Assembly: GCA_964504365.1 (NCBI GenBank)
Contig: CAZDDW010000005.1
Coordinates: forward strand, 1,630 to 65,629
Length of the DNA: 64,000 bases
Direction: 5' to 3'
Source: an uncultured Gammaproteobacteria bacterium
Lineage (GTDB): Bacteria; Patescibacteriota; Patescibacteriia; UBA9934; CAZDDW01
Both the position numbers and the translations under genes were made by a program. Shown piece after piece: positions 8,974 to 19,384 of this stretch; position 1 is the first letter of the stretch, and each line of letters begins with the position of its first letter. The notes beneath the pieces were generated by a model. The model saw only the letters and a list, made by a program, of their open reading frames with translations, made no database searches and was not told where the DNA came from.

Positions 8974-10638
8974 ATGTTACACGAACTATTTTTTCAGATT
9001 GGGATAGTTTTAATTGTTGCGGCCGCGGCTTCAATGGTTATCTTCAGACTGCGCCAGCCTTTAATGATCGGCTACATTATTGCCGGTATTTTTGTTGGTT
9101 CAATTGTTTTTGGTTTTGCTAAAAGCACTGAGGCTTTTCAAGCCATGTCTGAGATCGGTGTGGCTTTCTTGTTGTTTACGGTGGGACTGAACTTGAATTG
9201 GCGTCGGGTAAAAGAGGTTGGTTGGATTTCACTTGCATCTGGTGTTGGTCAGGTTCTATTTACCACGATTATGGGTTATGCGATTGGGCTTGCTGTTGGC
9301 CTGGACTCGCTAACTAGTTTTTATCTTGGTCTGGCTTTCTCATTCTCAAGTACGATTATTATTGTTAAGTTGCTGGCAGACAAAGAAGACCTGGATCGGC
9401 TTTACGGAAAAATTGCTGTTGGTTTCTTGATTGTCCAGGACATTATCGCCATGATTGTGTTGCTGGTACTTGGCGCTCTTTCCGGCGGGTACGAGGTCCA
9501 GAATATTATCACCTTGGCTTTTGGAAAGGGAATTCTGGCCATTATCTTGCTTTGGTTGATTGCGACTTATATCGTTCCGCGCCTAGTTGCTTACGCTGCC
9601 CGGTCGCTTGAGCTCCTGTTCTTGTTCTCAATTGGTTGGTGTTTCTTAATCGCTGGTCTGCTTTACGTGCTTGGCTTCGGGGTTGAGGTTGGTGCACTGC
9701 TTGCTGGCGCTTCACTTGCTGGCACGATTTATCACAACGAGATCAATGCTCGAATCCGTCCGCTGCGTGACTTCTTCCTGATTATGTTCTTTATTATTCT
9801 CGGAGCACGGCTTGAGTTTGCTGCCTTAACTGAGATTTGGCTTCCAGTCCTGGCTTTCTCAGCTTTTGTTTTAATCGGCAATCCAATCGTGGTCATGTTG
9901 ATCATGCGTGTGCTCAAGTATCACCCGCGTACCAGCTTTTTAACCGGAAACACGGTTGGACAGATTAGTGAGTTTGGTTTTATTGTTCTGGCAGCCGGGA
10001 TCGCTTTGGGACACATAAGCCCACAAATGAATTCGCTAGCTGTGTTTGTGGCTTTGATTACTATTGCTGGGTCGGCTTATTTGATCAAGTATAACGAGTG
10101 GATATACGATGCTTTGCAACCAGTGTTGCGCTGGCTGGCTCCTACTGATGCAGATGTTCATGATAAAGCTGATCACAAAAAAGCAAAGCAAGTGCATACG
10201 ACTTTGATCGGATACGACCGTATGGGCGAAACAATTTTGCCAGAGATTCAAAAAATGAAAAAGTCTTTCCAGGTGATCGACTTAAATCCACAGACAATCG
10301 AAGAATTAGATGAAAAGGATATTGCTGCGGTTTATGGTGATGCTGGTGATAGTCGTTTCTTGTCTGAGATCGGGATTCAAAAAAGCAAGATGATCATTTC
10401 AACTATTGCTGATTTTACAATTAGTATTGATTTGTTGGGTTATCTGCGGCGCCGTAGTTATAAAGGGGTTATTGTTGTTGCCTGCCGTACTCCGCAAGAA
10501 GCACACAAGTTGTATGACAAAGGAGCAACCTTTGTTATTGTCCCAAGTATTTTGGGTGCTGAGCGTTTTGGTGATATCTTGAAGAAGAAAAAGGGAAGCA
10601 AGCAATCATGGTTAAAAGCCATTCCTAAAAAAGCCTAA
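8974..10638 (+). CDS. Kef-type cation:proton antiporter (CPA2) with C-terminal TrkA-N/RCK domain
   Basis: RLRQPLMIGYI, FLLFTVGL, SSTIIIVKLL, GQISEFGF, IGYDRMG, VYGDAGD. Confidence 0.88.
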   Translation: MLHELFFQIGIVLIVAAAASMVIFRLRQPLMIGYIIAGIFVGSIVFGFAKSTEAFQAMSEIGVAFLLFTVGLNLNWRRVKEVGWISLASGVGQVLFTTIMGYAIGLAVGLDSLTSFYLGLAFSFSSTIIIVKLLADKEDLDRLYGKIAVGFLIVQDIIAMIVLLVLGALSGGYEVQNIITLAFGKGILAIILLWLIATYIVPRLVAYAARSLELLFLFSIGWCFLIAGLLYVLGFGVEVGALLAGASLAGTIYHNEINARIRPLRDFFLIMFFIILGARLEFAALTEIWLPVLAFSAFVLIGNPIVVMLIMRVLKYHPRTSFLTGNTVGQISEFGFIVLAAGIALGHISPQMNSLAVFVALITIAGSAYLIKYNEWIYDALQPVLRWLAPTDADVHDKADHKKAKQVHTTLIGYDRMGETILPEIQKMKKSFQVIDLNPQTIEELDEKDIAAVYGDAGDSRFLSEIGIQKSKMIISTIADFTISIDLLGYLRRRSYKGVIVVACRTPQEAHKLYDKGATFVIVPSILGAERFGDILKKKKGSKQSWLKAIPKKA

Positions 10639-10639
10639 T

Positions 10640-10897
10640 ATGAATGATGTAAATATTTGCCAATCATGCGGCATGCCAATGAAGGAGGAAGTGGACTACG
10701 GGAAGACTGAGGATGGGAGTCCGAGCTATGAGTACTGTGCTCATTGTTTTCAGGAGGGGAAATTTACTTTTGAATGTGGATCAGTGGAGGAGTTTGCCGA
10801 ACATGTGCTTGAGGCAATGGCTGGATCTGAGGAAGCACCTGAAATGGACAAAGAAGAAATGTTGGTTGTTTTGAAAGGGTTGGGGAGGTGGAAGTAA
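10640..10897 (+). CDS. putative zinc-ribbon domain protein
   Basis: CQSCGMP...YCAHCF..GKFT. Confidence 0.8.
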   Translation: MNDVNICQSCGMPMKEEVDYGKTEDGSPSYEYCAHCFQEGKFTFECGSVEEFAEHVLEAMAGSEEAPEMDKEEMLVVLKGLGRWK

Positions 10898-10899
10898 AA

Positions 10900-10969
10900 A
10901 AGTAGAAAGTAGAAGGTAGATAGTAGAAAGATTCAAAATCTTTCTACTTTTAACTTTCTACTCTCTACT
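10900..10969. repeat. inverted array of 7-mer repeats (GTAGAAA / TTTCTAC)
   Basis: agtagaaagtagaaggtagatagtagaaag...tttctacttttaactttctactctctact; also at 38007-38080 and 40392-40474. Confidence 0.8.
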
Positions 10970-11002
10970 AAAAACAACAAAAAAACAGGACAAATGTCCT
11001 GT
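10969..11002 (-). terminator. intrinsic terminator closing the 1.1 kb minus-strand unit
   Basis: acaggaca-aa-tgtcctgt followed by a T-run on the minus strand. Confidence 0.7.
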
Positions 11003-12101
11003 AGAAAGTACTCGAGCCCAGGGGCAGCTAACGACGTCGTCGTTAGCGCCCGCTGGGCTCTTGAGGCTGCAGGCCAAGGGTCGGCCTGCGAGGGTCGGTT
11101 TGTTGTCACCGACAGGTCATGTCAGAGCTGGGACTCCGCGGCATGTGCGTAGCCGCGGTTGTATGTGCCAGGAGCACTAATCGAAGCCGTCGATCCACCA
11201 GTACCACATCGTGATACCTCCTCGAGGATGAACATGCAGTGACCGGCCCGTTACGTGGGCGGCGCGCGTCGTCGGTTCGTGGGCGCGCCGCCGCCGTCGG
11301 GGGTGCCGGTCTTGGTTCTTGCTTCTTCAGAAAAAGAGATCAGGGCATATCGGAGCCCCAGGCCGACAGTGGAGTCGCCTTGACTCCTCTGAGCCCGTTC
11401 ATGCGCAGCTGTCATTGTTGGCTGTCTTTTATCAAAGCCTAGCCAGCTGTTAACGAACGAGCTACCGTCTCTCGTAGAGGATCAGCATTCTGCACTCCTT
11501 GGTGCGGTTATTTGCGCCGTGTCCTCGGTGGCGCTCATACTCCTGAGGGGTTGCTGTGGCAAACATGTGCGCTAGCCACGTCGCGCGCGGGCTCACCCCG
11601 CAACGCATCAATAGCCAAAGTGACTCGGAAATCGACGCATGTCACCTCCGTCCTGCACGTCGGCAGGACCATCTTGCCCCTTGGTCCGGGGCTGACCTCG
11701 ATCCCACCTGCCCCGTTGTCCCGGGATCAGGTGCGTGCCCGGCAACCGTGCCAGGCAGGAGCGGCCGCAGGCGGCGGCGGTGGGGGTAGAAGTTCCAGAA
11801 CTCCCCATCGCCGCACACCTGCGACACACTCGTCGTCCACCGGGTAGGTCACCCGGTTCTCCGGAGCGCAGCGCTCGATCAGCGGGCTCATCTCGCCCGC
11901 CGCGCGTTGCGAACCATTGATCTCACCAGCTGTGTCTCGGCGGTCTTGCCGCCGTCAGCCAGTATCACCGGTGTTTTAGGCGGGTTGATCCCCGCGGTTT
12001 ACCGGTTGTTGTTGTGGCCCCGCTGGCCCAGCTCTTCGCCAGCGGATACCGATCAAAGGAACGCACGATCAGCGCGGATGTGTCGCCACCTCCGGAATCG
12101 T
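10980..12101 (-). ncRNA. candidate large (~1.1 kb) multi-hairpin non-coding RNA
   Basis: GC-rich, no credible long ORF, about 20 consecutive inverted repeats, bounded by a sigma70 promoter and an intrinsic terminator. Confidence 0.6.
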
Positions 12102-12107
12102 GAAGGT

Positions 12108-12136
12108 AATATAGCACAAAATAGTGCATATGTCAA
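12108..12136 (-). promoter_or_regulatory. sigma70 promoter of the candidate large RNA
   Basis: TTGACA-17 nt-TATATT with extended -10 TG on the minus strand. Confidence 0.7.
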
Positions 12137-12194
12137 CCCTCAGTCCTAGAAAAAGGCTTATTTTAGTCAAGAATTAAGACCCTGTGGAAAACTC

Positions 12195-12235
12195 TTGACA
12201 GGCTTAAATTAGCACTCTATAATTAAGAGTGCTAA
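12195..12235 (+). promoter_or_regulatory. sigma70 promoter overlapped by the CIRCE operator
   Basis: TTGACA 12195, TATAAT 12218; TTAGCACTC-N9-GAGTGCTAA at 12209-12235. Confidence 0.95.
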
Positions 12236-12242
12236 AACACCT

Positions 12243-12941
12243 ATGAACTCACGACAAGAAGCTGTTCTCAAAGCAATTGTAGAAAATTATATTAAAACCG
12301 CTGAGCCAGTGGGGTCTAAGTTCCTTGCTGAGCGCTGTGGTTTTTCTGTTTCGCCAGCAACATTGCGTAATGACATGGTTGTGCTTGATCAAGAAGGTTT
12401 TATCCGCGCTCCGCACACTTCAGCTGGTCGTGTACCAACTGAAAGAGGTTACGAGTTTTATTTGGCCAGTATCCGCAACATGCGTCGTCAGAGCTCTAAG
12501 CAACAGTTCACTGACGTGGTTTCTGAAGCCGATACTCAAGAAGGTGCGGTTAAACAAGTAGCCAAGAAGTTGGTTGATCTGTCTGGTGAAATGGCACTGG
12601 TTGCTTTTGATCCAAACTGGAGTTACTACACAGGAATTTCTAATTTGTTCACTAAGCCAGACTTTGCTCGACTTGGTTTGACTCAAGAGTTGTCAGAAAT
12701 GATGGATCGTTTTGATGAGGTGGTTAATTCTTTGTACGAGCATCTTCCAGAAGCACCACAAGTAATGATTGGTGGTGAAAACCCGTTTGGCCGCCGCATG
12801 AGTTCGATCATGGTCAAGTATGCCTTGCCAGATGATACATCGGTTCTGATCGGCTTGGTTGGACCGATTCGTATGGATTACAAAAAGAACATCGCTTTAC
12901 TTGAAGAAGCAATTGATTCGCTAACAGAAATTTATGAGTAA
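12243..12941 (+). CDS. hrcA: heat-inducible transcription repressor HrcA (short form)
   Basis: YIKTAEPVGSK, SPATLRNDM, PHTSAGRVPT, GPIRMDY; CIRCE upstream. Confidence 0.92.
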   Translation: MNSRQEAVLKAIVENYIKTAEPVGSKFLAERCGFSVSPATLRNDMVVLDQEGFIRAPHTSAGRVPTERGYEFYLASIRNMRRQSSKQQFTDVVSEADTQEGAVKQVAKKLVDLSGEMALVAFDPNWSYYTGISNLFTKPDFARLGLTQELSEMMDRFDEVVNSLYEHLPEAPQVMIGGENPFGRRMSSIMVKYALPDDTSVLIGLVGPIRMDYKKNIALLEEAIDSLTEIYE

Positions 12942-13404
12942 GAAACAAGACAACCAGATAACTGAACAACCAGATAACTGTGAACAATGCGAAGCATATC
13001 TCACTGGTTGGAAACGGGCCTTAGCAGATTACGATAATTTGCAAAAGGACTTGGCTCGAGAAAAAGAAAGCACACGTTTGTACCTGATCGAAGAGTTGGC
13101 AGATAAGTTAATCCCAATCACGGATCATTTCACGCAAGCCATGAAGCACGTTCCGGAAGGTGCGGAGGGCTGGCTAGACGGTATCAAGATGATCAAAAAA
13201 CAGATGATGGGTGTACTTGAATCATTTGAGTGTTACCCGATCGATCCGGTACGTAAAAAGTTTGATCCAAACGAGCATGAGGCCCTGGGAACTGAGAAAC
13301 GAAAAGATTCAGACGATGAGATAGTACTAGAGGTGGTCGAGCGCGGCTGGAAGCTTGGCCAAAAAGTAATCCGTCCAGCAAAGGTGATTATTAACAAAAA
13401 ATAA
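12934..13404 (+). CDS. grpE: nucleotide exchange factor GrpE
   Basis: RALADYDN, FDPNEHEA, VIRPAKV; operon context. Confidence 0.92.
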   Translation: MSKKQDNQITEQPDNCEQCEAYLTGWKRALADYDNLQKDLAREKESTRLYLIEELADKLIPITDHFTQAMKHVPEGAEGWLDGIKMIKKQMMGVLESFECYPIDPVRKKFDPNEHEALGTEKRKDSDDEIVLEVVERGWKLGQKVIRPAKVIINKK

Positions 13405-13520
13405 CCAATGACCAAATTCCAATGACCAAGATAATCACCCAGTGGTCTAATGATCAAAGGTTTCGATCATTCGGTCATTGATCATTACCTCGTTCATTGA
13501 TTATTGATCATTGGTCATTC
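13402..13520. repeat. inverted array of ~7-mer repeats (AATGACC / GGTCATT)
   Basis: ccaatgaccaaattccaatgacc...ggtcattgatcatt...cattggtcatt. Confidence 0.7.
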
Positions 13521-13538
13521 GTGTAAAAGCAAACATTT

Positions 13539-15458
13539 ATGTCAAAGATATTAGGAATCGATCTTGGTACTACAAACTCTTGTATGGCCGTGATCGAAGG
13601 AGGTCAGCCAAAAGTGCTGGAAAACAAGGAAGGAAATCGAACCACGCCTTCAGCTGTTGCTGTAACCAAGAACGGTGAGCGTTTGGTTGGTCTGCCAGCT
13701 AAGCGTCAGGCAGTAACTAATCCGCAAGATACTTTGTTTTCGATCAAGCGTTTGATCGGCCGACGTTTTAATGATCCTGAAGTTAAACGTGATATCGAAC
13801 TAATGCCTTTCGAGATTGTTCAAGCCGGTGAGGGGGTTAAGGTGAAGATGTCTGATAAAGAGTACACACCGCGCGAAGTTTCTGCGATGTTGCTTCAGAA
13901 GATGAAAGCTGATGCTGAAGAGCGTTTGGGTGAGAAGATTGAAGAAGCTGTGATTACTGTGCCAGCATATTTTGACGACGCGCAGCGACAGGCAACCAAG
14001 GATGCTGGTGAAGTTGCTGGTTTGAAAGTTCGTCGCATTGTTAACGAGCCAACGGCAGCTGCACTTGCCTATGGTTTTGACAAAAAAGCCGGACAGCAAG
14101 TTGTTGTTTACGATCTTGGTGGTGGAACCTTTGATGTTTCTGTTCTCGATGTGACTGAAGATACTGTTGAGGTAAAATCAACTAACGGTGACACACATTT
14201 GGGTGGTGATGATTTTGACCAAGTGATTATTGAATGGATTTTGAATGAGTTTAAGAAAGATCAGGGAATTGATCTGGCCAATGATCCTTTGTCACTGCAG
14301 CGAATTAAAGAAGCAGCTGAGAAAGCTAAGATTGAACTTTCAACCGCACAGCAGACTGAGATCAACCAGCCGTTTATTACATCTGACTCTTCAGGTCCAA
14401 AGCACTTGGTCATGGCCATGACTCGAGCTAAGCTCGACGAACTGGTTGGTGATCTGGTTGAAAAAACTTTAGGTCCTGTTAAGACAGCGTTAGACGACGC
14501 AAAGATGAAGCCGGCAGATATCGAAGAGATCATTATGGTTGGTGGAATGACTCGTATGCCAATGGTTCAGAAGAAGGTTGAGGAGTTCTTCGGTAAGAAA
14601 CCAAACGTGACTGTGAATCCAGACGAGGTTGTTGCTATGGGTGCTGCTGTTCAGGCTGGTGTGTTGCAGGGTGAAGTTAAAGATGTTTTGCTACTTGATG
14701 TGACACCGTTGTCTTTGGGAATCGAAACTTTAGGTGGTGTGATGACGCAGTTGATCGAACGTAATACAACTATTCCTGCTTCAAAGTCACAGATTTTCTC
14801 AACTGCTGCTGATAATCAGAACACGGTTGAGATTCATGTGCAGCAAGGTGAGCGTTCAATGGTGAATGACAATAAGACTTTGGGACGATTTGTTTTGTCT
14901 GGAATTCCACCAGCACCACGTGGTGTGCCGCAGATCGAAGTTAAGTTTGATATCGACGCCAATGGAATCGTAAACGTTTCTGCTACAGACAAGGGAACTG
15001 GTACTTCACAGAATATTACTATTACTGGTTCAACTGGCGTGTCAGATGAAGAGATCGAGAAAATGAAAAAAGAAGCCGAGGCTCATGCCGAGGAAGATGC
15101 TAAGGCCAAGGAACGAATTGAACATCAGAACCTGGCGGATACAATGCTGTATACTACTGAGAAGATGTTGAAAGACGCTGGGGATAAAATTACTGATGAA
15201 GAGCGCAAAGAGGTTGAGGACAAAATGGAAGCTTTGAAAAAAGTTAAAGACTCAGACGATCACGAAGCGATTAAGAAAGCTGCAGATGAGTTGACCGATG
15301 CGGCGCAGAAAGTCGGGGCGAAGTTGTATGAGGGGCAGGCTGCAGAGCAACAGGCCCAGGCAGGTGCCGAGCAACCAGCCAGCGATCAGTCTGCGGCAGA
15401 TCAACCAAAGGAGGACGGCCCAGTCGACGCTGAGTTTGAGGAGAAGAAGGAAGAATAA
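13539..15458 (+). CDS. dnaK: chaperone DnaK
   Basis: [30 protein letters not shown]. Confidence 0.98.
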   Translation: MSKILGIDLGTTNSCMAVIEGGQPKVLENKEGNRTTPSAVAVTKNGERLVGLPAKRQAVTNPQDTLFSIKRLIGRRFNDPEVKRDIELMPFEIVQAGEGVKVKMSDKEYTPREVSAMLLQKMKADAEERLGEKIEEAVITVPAYFDDAQRQATKDAGEVAGLKVRRIVNEPTAAALAYGFDKKAGQQVVVYDLGGGTFDVSVLDVTEDTVEVKSTNGDTHLGGDDFDQVIIEWILNEFKKDQGIDLANDPLSLQRIKEAAEKAKIELSTAQQTEINQPFITSDSSGPKHLVMAMTRAKLDELVGDLVEKTLGPVKTALDDAKMKPADIEEIIMVGGMTRMPMVQKKVEEFFGKKPNVTVNPDEVVAMGAAVQAGVLQGEVKDVLLLDVTPLSLGIETLGGVMTQLIERNTTIPASKSQIFSTAADNQNTVEIHVQQGERSMVNDNKTLGRFVLSGIPPAPRGVPQIEVKFDIDANGIVNVSATDKGTGTSQNITITGSTGVSDEEIEKMKKEAEAHAEEDAKAKERIEHQNLADTMLYTTEKMLKDAGDKITDEERKEVEDKMEALKKVKDSDDHEAIKKAADELTDAAQKVGAKLYEGQAAEQQAQAGAEQPASDQSAADQPKEDGPVDAEFEEKKEE

Positions 15459-15460
15459 AC

Positions 15461-16519
15461 ATGTCCAAAGATTACTATAAAATTTTAAATGTTGAACGAG
15501 GTGCTTCGCAGGATGAGGTAAAGAAAGCATTTCGCAAACAAGCGCACAAGTATCATCCTGACAAAGAGAATGGGGATGAGGCTAAGTTTAAGGAAGCGAA
15601 CGAGGCTTATCAGGTTCTTGGGGATGAGAAAAAACGTCAGACCTACGATCAGTTTGGATCGGCTGCTTTTGAAAATGGCGGACCTGGTGCTGGTGGTTTC
15701 GGAGGGTTCGGTGGCGCGCAAGGATTCTCAGGCTTTGAAGACCTGGGAGATCTTGGTGATATTTTCGGAGACGTGTTCGGGTTTGGTGGCACGCGGACCA
15801 AGACGCGGACAAAGGCCCGGCGTGGGCAGGATATTCAAGTTGATCTTGAACTAAGCTTTGATGAAGCGGTCTTTGGAACAGATCGCGATATTAAGTTGCA
15901 CAAAACGATTCGCTGTGAGCGTTGTTCTGGTTTAGGGGCAGAGCCAGGCACAAGCATGAATGAGTGTAAGACATGTAGTGGTTCCGGTGTGATTGATCGG
16001 GTGCAGAAAACAATCCTTGGACACGTGCGTACACGTGCGGCTTGTGATAATTGTGGTGGTGATGGAAAGATTCCAGAAAAGAAATGCACAGGTTGTAGTG
16101 GTGTTGGTGTTGAGAAAAAGCAAAAGACGGTTACCGTATCTGTTCCAGCTGGGATCGATAATAATCAAACAATTCGACTTCGTGGTGAAGGAGAGGCCGG
16201 TGTACATAACGGACCAGAAGGTGATTTATATCTTCGTATCTTTGTTAAACCAAGTAAAGATTTTGTACGTGAAGGGAATACAATTAGATCAGACGTTGAA
16301 ATTGGATTCACGCAAGCAGCGCTGGGTGACACAATCGAAGTTAAAACTGTTGATGGTAAGGTTGATCTAAAAATTCCTGCTGGTACACAAGCAGAAACCG
16401 AATTCCGTTTACGTGGAAAGGGGATTAGTGGAAGTGATCACATTGTTACCGCAAAAGTGGTAACGCCGAAGAAGTTATCGCGAAAACAAAAACAAGCGCT
16501 TAGTGATCTTGGTCTTTAA
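15461..16519 (+). CDS. dnaJ: chaperone DnaJ
   Basis: J domain HPD, G/F region, four CxxCxGxG repeats. Confidence 0.97.
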   Translation: MSKDYYKILNVERGASQDEVKKAFRKQAHKYHPDKENGDEAKFKEANEAYQVLGDEKKRQTYDQFGSAAFENGGPGAGGFGGFGGAQGFSGFEDLGDLGDIFGDVFGFGGTRTKTRTKARRGQDIQVDLELSFDEAVFGTDRDIKLHKTIRCERCSGLGAEPGTSMNECKTCSGSGVIDRVQKTILGHVRTRAACDNCGGDGKIPEKKCTGCSGVGVEKKQKTVTVSVPAGIDNNQTIRLRGEGEAGVHNGPEGDLYLRIFVKPSKDFVREGNTIRSDVEIGFTQAALGDTIEVKTVDGKVDLKIPAGTQAETEFRLRGKGISGSDHIVTAKVVTPKKLSRKQKQALSDLGL

Positions 16520-16571
16520 GAATGATTTCACGCTTTCATGATTTAATGTTTTCATGATATAATTTATCCAC

Positions 16572-17129
16572 ATGGAGGCAAACTTTGCAGAAATGTGGAA
16601 TAACATGGTGCAGTCATTCAACTGGGCGCAACCAAGTTGGGATATGTTTATTATCCTATTTTTTGTTATTGCCGCGTTGATTTACGGAGTCTCACTTGGG
16701 CGTGATCGGATTATAATTATCATCCTGTCGATTTATGTTGCACTTGCGATCGTGCACTACGCACCGTTTTTGACAGAGTTTACAGCTGTTGTTCAAGTTA
16801 GTGATTCGTTTGCGTTCCAGATCACCACGTTCCTAGGAACATTTATCTTGTTGTTCTTCTTGCTTTCACAAAGCGCGCTGTTGCGAACACTTGGGGAGAA
16901 CGCAGCACAAGGTGCTTGGTGGCAAGTTATCATTTTCTCGATCCTGCAGGCCGGGTTGTTAGCTAGTGTTACTTTGTCATTCCTGCCAGAAGAATCGCTG
17001 AATACCTTCGCAGAATTCACAAAACAATTTTTCATTTCAGACACAGCACGCAGTGTCTGGATTGTTGTACCAATAATTGCCATGGCCTTTATGCCAGGTC
17101 TACGCCACGACGACCACAGACGATATTAG
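16572..17129 (+). CDS. hypothetical membrane protein
   Basis: 185 aa, about 5 TM segments. Confidence 0.75.
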   Translation: MEANFAEMWNNMVQSFNWAQPSWDMFIILFFVIAALIYGVSLGRDRIIIIILSIYVALAIVHYAPFLTEFTAVVQVSDSFAFQITTFLGTFILLFFLLSQSALLRTLGENAAQGAWWQVIIFSILQAGLLASVTLSFLPEESLNTFAEFTKQFFISDTARSVWIVVPIIAMAFMPGLRHDDHRRY

Positions 17130-17194
17130 GTTGACATAAAGGAGTTTTTCAATTAAGCTGATTTCTCAGCTCTTTTTTGTTAGGAGAACAGATC

Positions 17195-17965
17195 ATGCCT
17201 GATCCATATATCAGCATTACTGACTTCACGACCCGAGAACAAGTACTTGAGATGTTGCAGGTACTCATCAGGGCCCAGGGTGCCAGGCAAACACACAAGC
17301 TTGGTGTTGGGGTGATGATGAGTCACAAGACTCTGAATGGGTTGCCAACCAAGTGGGCCGATGTTTTTCCGCACAACGAAGATGTTGCTGGAATTTTCGT
17401 AGATCATCCCTTGGCCTTTGGTACACTCCACTACGCAGACTTCAAAGGGATCGACGTGGCAGCCAACCTGGCTCAGGCAACTGGGTTTGGCGGGCCGAAC
17501 ATGCATGCCTTGCAACTGGACATGATTTGGCCGGATTCGCAGGTGCTGATTGACTACCGGATCAGATATCCGAAAATCAAGATCATCTTGCAGATCAACT
17601 CGCGTTCGCTGGACATGGTTGACAACGACCCGCGCAAGCTCTTGCGCGTTCTACGTGCCTACAACACGACCGTTGATTACGTGCTCTTGGACAAGAGTAT
17701 GGGTCGCGGTCAAGGTATGCAGGCCGAAGTACTCATGCCGTTTGTAGAAGCGATCGTCATGCACCGGTCTGATCTGGAGATCGTGGTGGCTGGCGGGCTT
17801 GGTCCCGATACCATGCACCTGGCCGCACCGCTTGTTGAGCGTTCTCAGCGCCTGAGTTTCTGTGCACAGGGCCAGATGAGGGCCAGTGGCAATGCCTTGG
17901 ATCCGATCGAATGGGACCGGGCAACAGAATATCTGCGCCAGTCAGTGGCGCTGCTCAGGAGGTAA
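17195..17965 (+). CDS. TrpF-like (beta/alpha)8 barrel protein of unknown function
   Basis: LQL, VLLDKSMGRG and VAGGLGP motifs; AGGAGA SD; own TTGACA promoter. Confidence 0.6.
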   Translation: MPDPYISITDFTTREQVLEMLQVLIRAQGARQTHKLGVGVMMSHKTLNGLPTKWADVFPHNEDVAGIFVDHPLAFGTLHYADFKGIDVAANLAQATGFGGPNMHALQLDMIWPDSQVLIDYRIRYPKIKIILQINSRSLDMVDNDPRKLLRVLRAYNTTVDYVLLDKSMGRGQGMQAEVLMPFVEAIVMHRSDLEIVVAGGLGPDTMHLAAPLVERSQRLSFCAQGQMRASGNALDPIEWDRATEYLRQSVALLRR

Positions 17966-18000
17966 ACTCACAGGACCAGCAATGGTCCTTTTTTAATTAA

Positions 18001-18067
18001 ACACCAAGCACCAAATAATAAATCCCAAACTATAAATGTTTGGAATTTGGATATTGGGATTTGGTGT
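18001..18067. repeat. inverted array of ~7-mer repeats (CCAAAT / ATTTGG)
   Basis: caccaagcaccaaataataaatcccaaa...tttggaatttggatattgggatttggtg. Confidence 0.65.
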
Positions 18068-18132
18068 TTCTCCATGTAACCTCTTGACTAATCCCGTGTA
18101 TACTATAGGGTAGCTAGACTCGAAAGAGTTTT

Positions 18133-18624
18133 ATGGCCAACAAACATAGACAATTCACAAAATTTTATAAGGCGAACATAAACCGAATCTATCGATTCGT
18201 GTTTTTTCGTGTAAATGATCAGGATATTGCAGAAGACCTGACCAGTGAAATTTTCATGAAAGCGCTTAATGCTTTTGATCGCTACGATGTTAAACAGTCT
18301 CGCTCAGCCTGGCTCTATGCAATCGCTCGCAATCATTTAATAAATTATTATCGAGACAAAAAAGAAACTATCGATATCGATAAAATTGAATTTGAGTTGG
18401 TTGGTGAAGACGGTCGAGATACAATGGAAAAGCAGTCAGCAGTTGAAACACTTAAACGAGCGTTGAATAAATTATCAGGTCATGAGCAGAAACTTGTAAC
18501 CATGAAGCACCTTGAGGGGTATACATATGCAGAGATGGCAGATGTTCTTGGAAAATCTGCTGGCTCACTCAAGGTCGCTACACACAGGGCTCTGATCAAG
18601 CTCAAGACCTTAATCGCGCGATAA
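18133..18624 (+). CDS. ECF-family RNA polymerase sigma factor
   Basis: AEDLTSEIFMKA, WLYAIARNHLINYYR, region 4 HTH. Confidence 0.9.
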   Translation: MANKHRQFTKFYKANINRIYRFVFFRVNDQDIAEDLTSEIFMKALNAFDRYDVKQSRSAWLYAIARNHLINYYRDKKETIDIDKIEFELVGEDGRDTMEKQSAVETLKRALNKLSGHEQKLVTMKHLEGYTYAEMADVLGKSAGSLKVATHRALIKLKTLIAR

Positions 18625-18639
18625 GTGATATCACAAAGT

Positions 18640-19296
18640 ATGTCTATTAAACAACAATTAAAAAAGTTACAACGTATGGCAAAACCAAGTAAGGGTTTTA
18701 AGAAAGAGTTGTATTCTAAATTATCTAATCAAATGCCAGCTGCAGAAAAAGCTTCGGTTGGTCTGAAGTATGCTGCAGCCGGAACACTTGGGTTAGTGCT
18801 TCTCTTGGGTGGTACCAGCGCTTATGCATACGGCAGTCCTGAGGTTAGTGAAGGTCACTTCTTACACCCGATCAAAGATGGGATCGAGCGTGTTGAGGGC
18901 GAGTTGCGTGACGGTAAGCCAGAAGGACGAGCCGGACATCATTTGAAAATGATGAAGCGCCGTTTGGACGAGGCTGACAAGCAAGAGTTTGAAGAACGCA
19001 AAGCTGAGTTGCTTGAACGTGCTTCTGAGGAACTTGGTCTAACAGAAGAAGAGCTCAAGGACGCCATGTTTGATCCTGAGCGGCGAGCCGAGATTATTGA
19101 AGAACTTGATTTAGAGAACGAGCGTTTTCTCGGAATGATCGGTCCACCTCCACACATGATGCCACCAGAAGTGTCAGAGAGAATGCATGAGAAGGGTGGG
19201 GATATTATGGAGAACGAAGATCTGAGTTGGGATGAAAAGCGGAACCAGATGCACGAGCGCATGCGCGCGCATTGGGAGGAAATGAATCAGGAATAG
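18640..19296 (+). CDS. putative anti-sigma factor (single TM, DUF5667-like helical domain)
   Basis: Directly after ECF sigma; TM followed by GHFLHPIKDGIERV motif. Confidence 0.65.
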   Translation: MSIKQQLKKLQRMAKPSKGFKKELYSKLSNQMPAAEKASVGLKYAAAGTLGLVLLLGGTSAYAYGSPEVSEGHFLHPIKDGIERVEGELRDGKPEGRAGHHLKMMKRRLDEADKQEFEERKAELLERASEELGLTEEELKDAMFDPERRAEIIEELDLENERFLGMIGPPPHMMPPEVSERMHEKGGDIMENEDLSWDEKRNQMHERMRAHWEEMNQE

Positions 19297-19384
19297 GGAA
19301 TGACGCCCGCAAGGGCGTCATTTAAATTAAAACACCCCTACCGTTTCGTCCGGTGGGGGTTGTTGTGTTCTTGCGTTCGACGGC

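Noticed and set aside
11181-11200. tcgaagccgtcgatccacca resembling a tRNA/tmRNA 3' end
   Set aside because: No T-arm stem or matching 5' acceptor strand; opposite to the promoter direction
11239-12149. Overlapping 60-111 aa ORFs in the GC-rich interval
   Set aside because: Arg/Gly/Pro/Ala-rich, mostly non-ATG starts, mutually overlapping; expected by chance in GC-rich non-coding DNA
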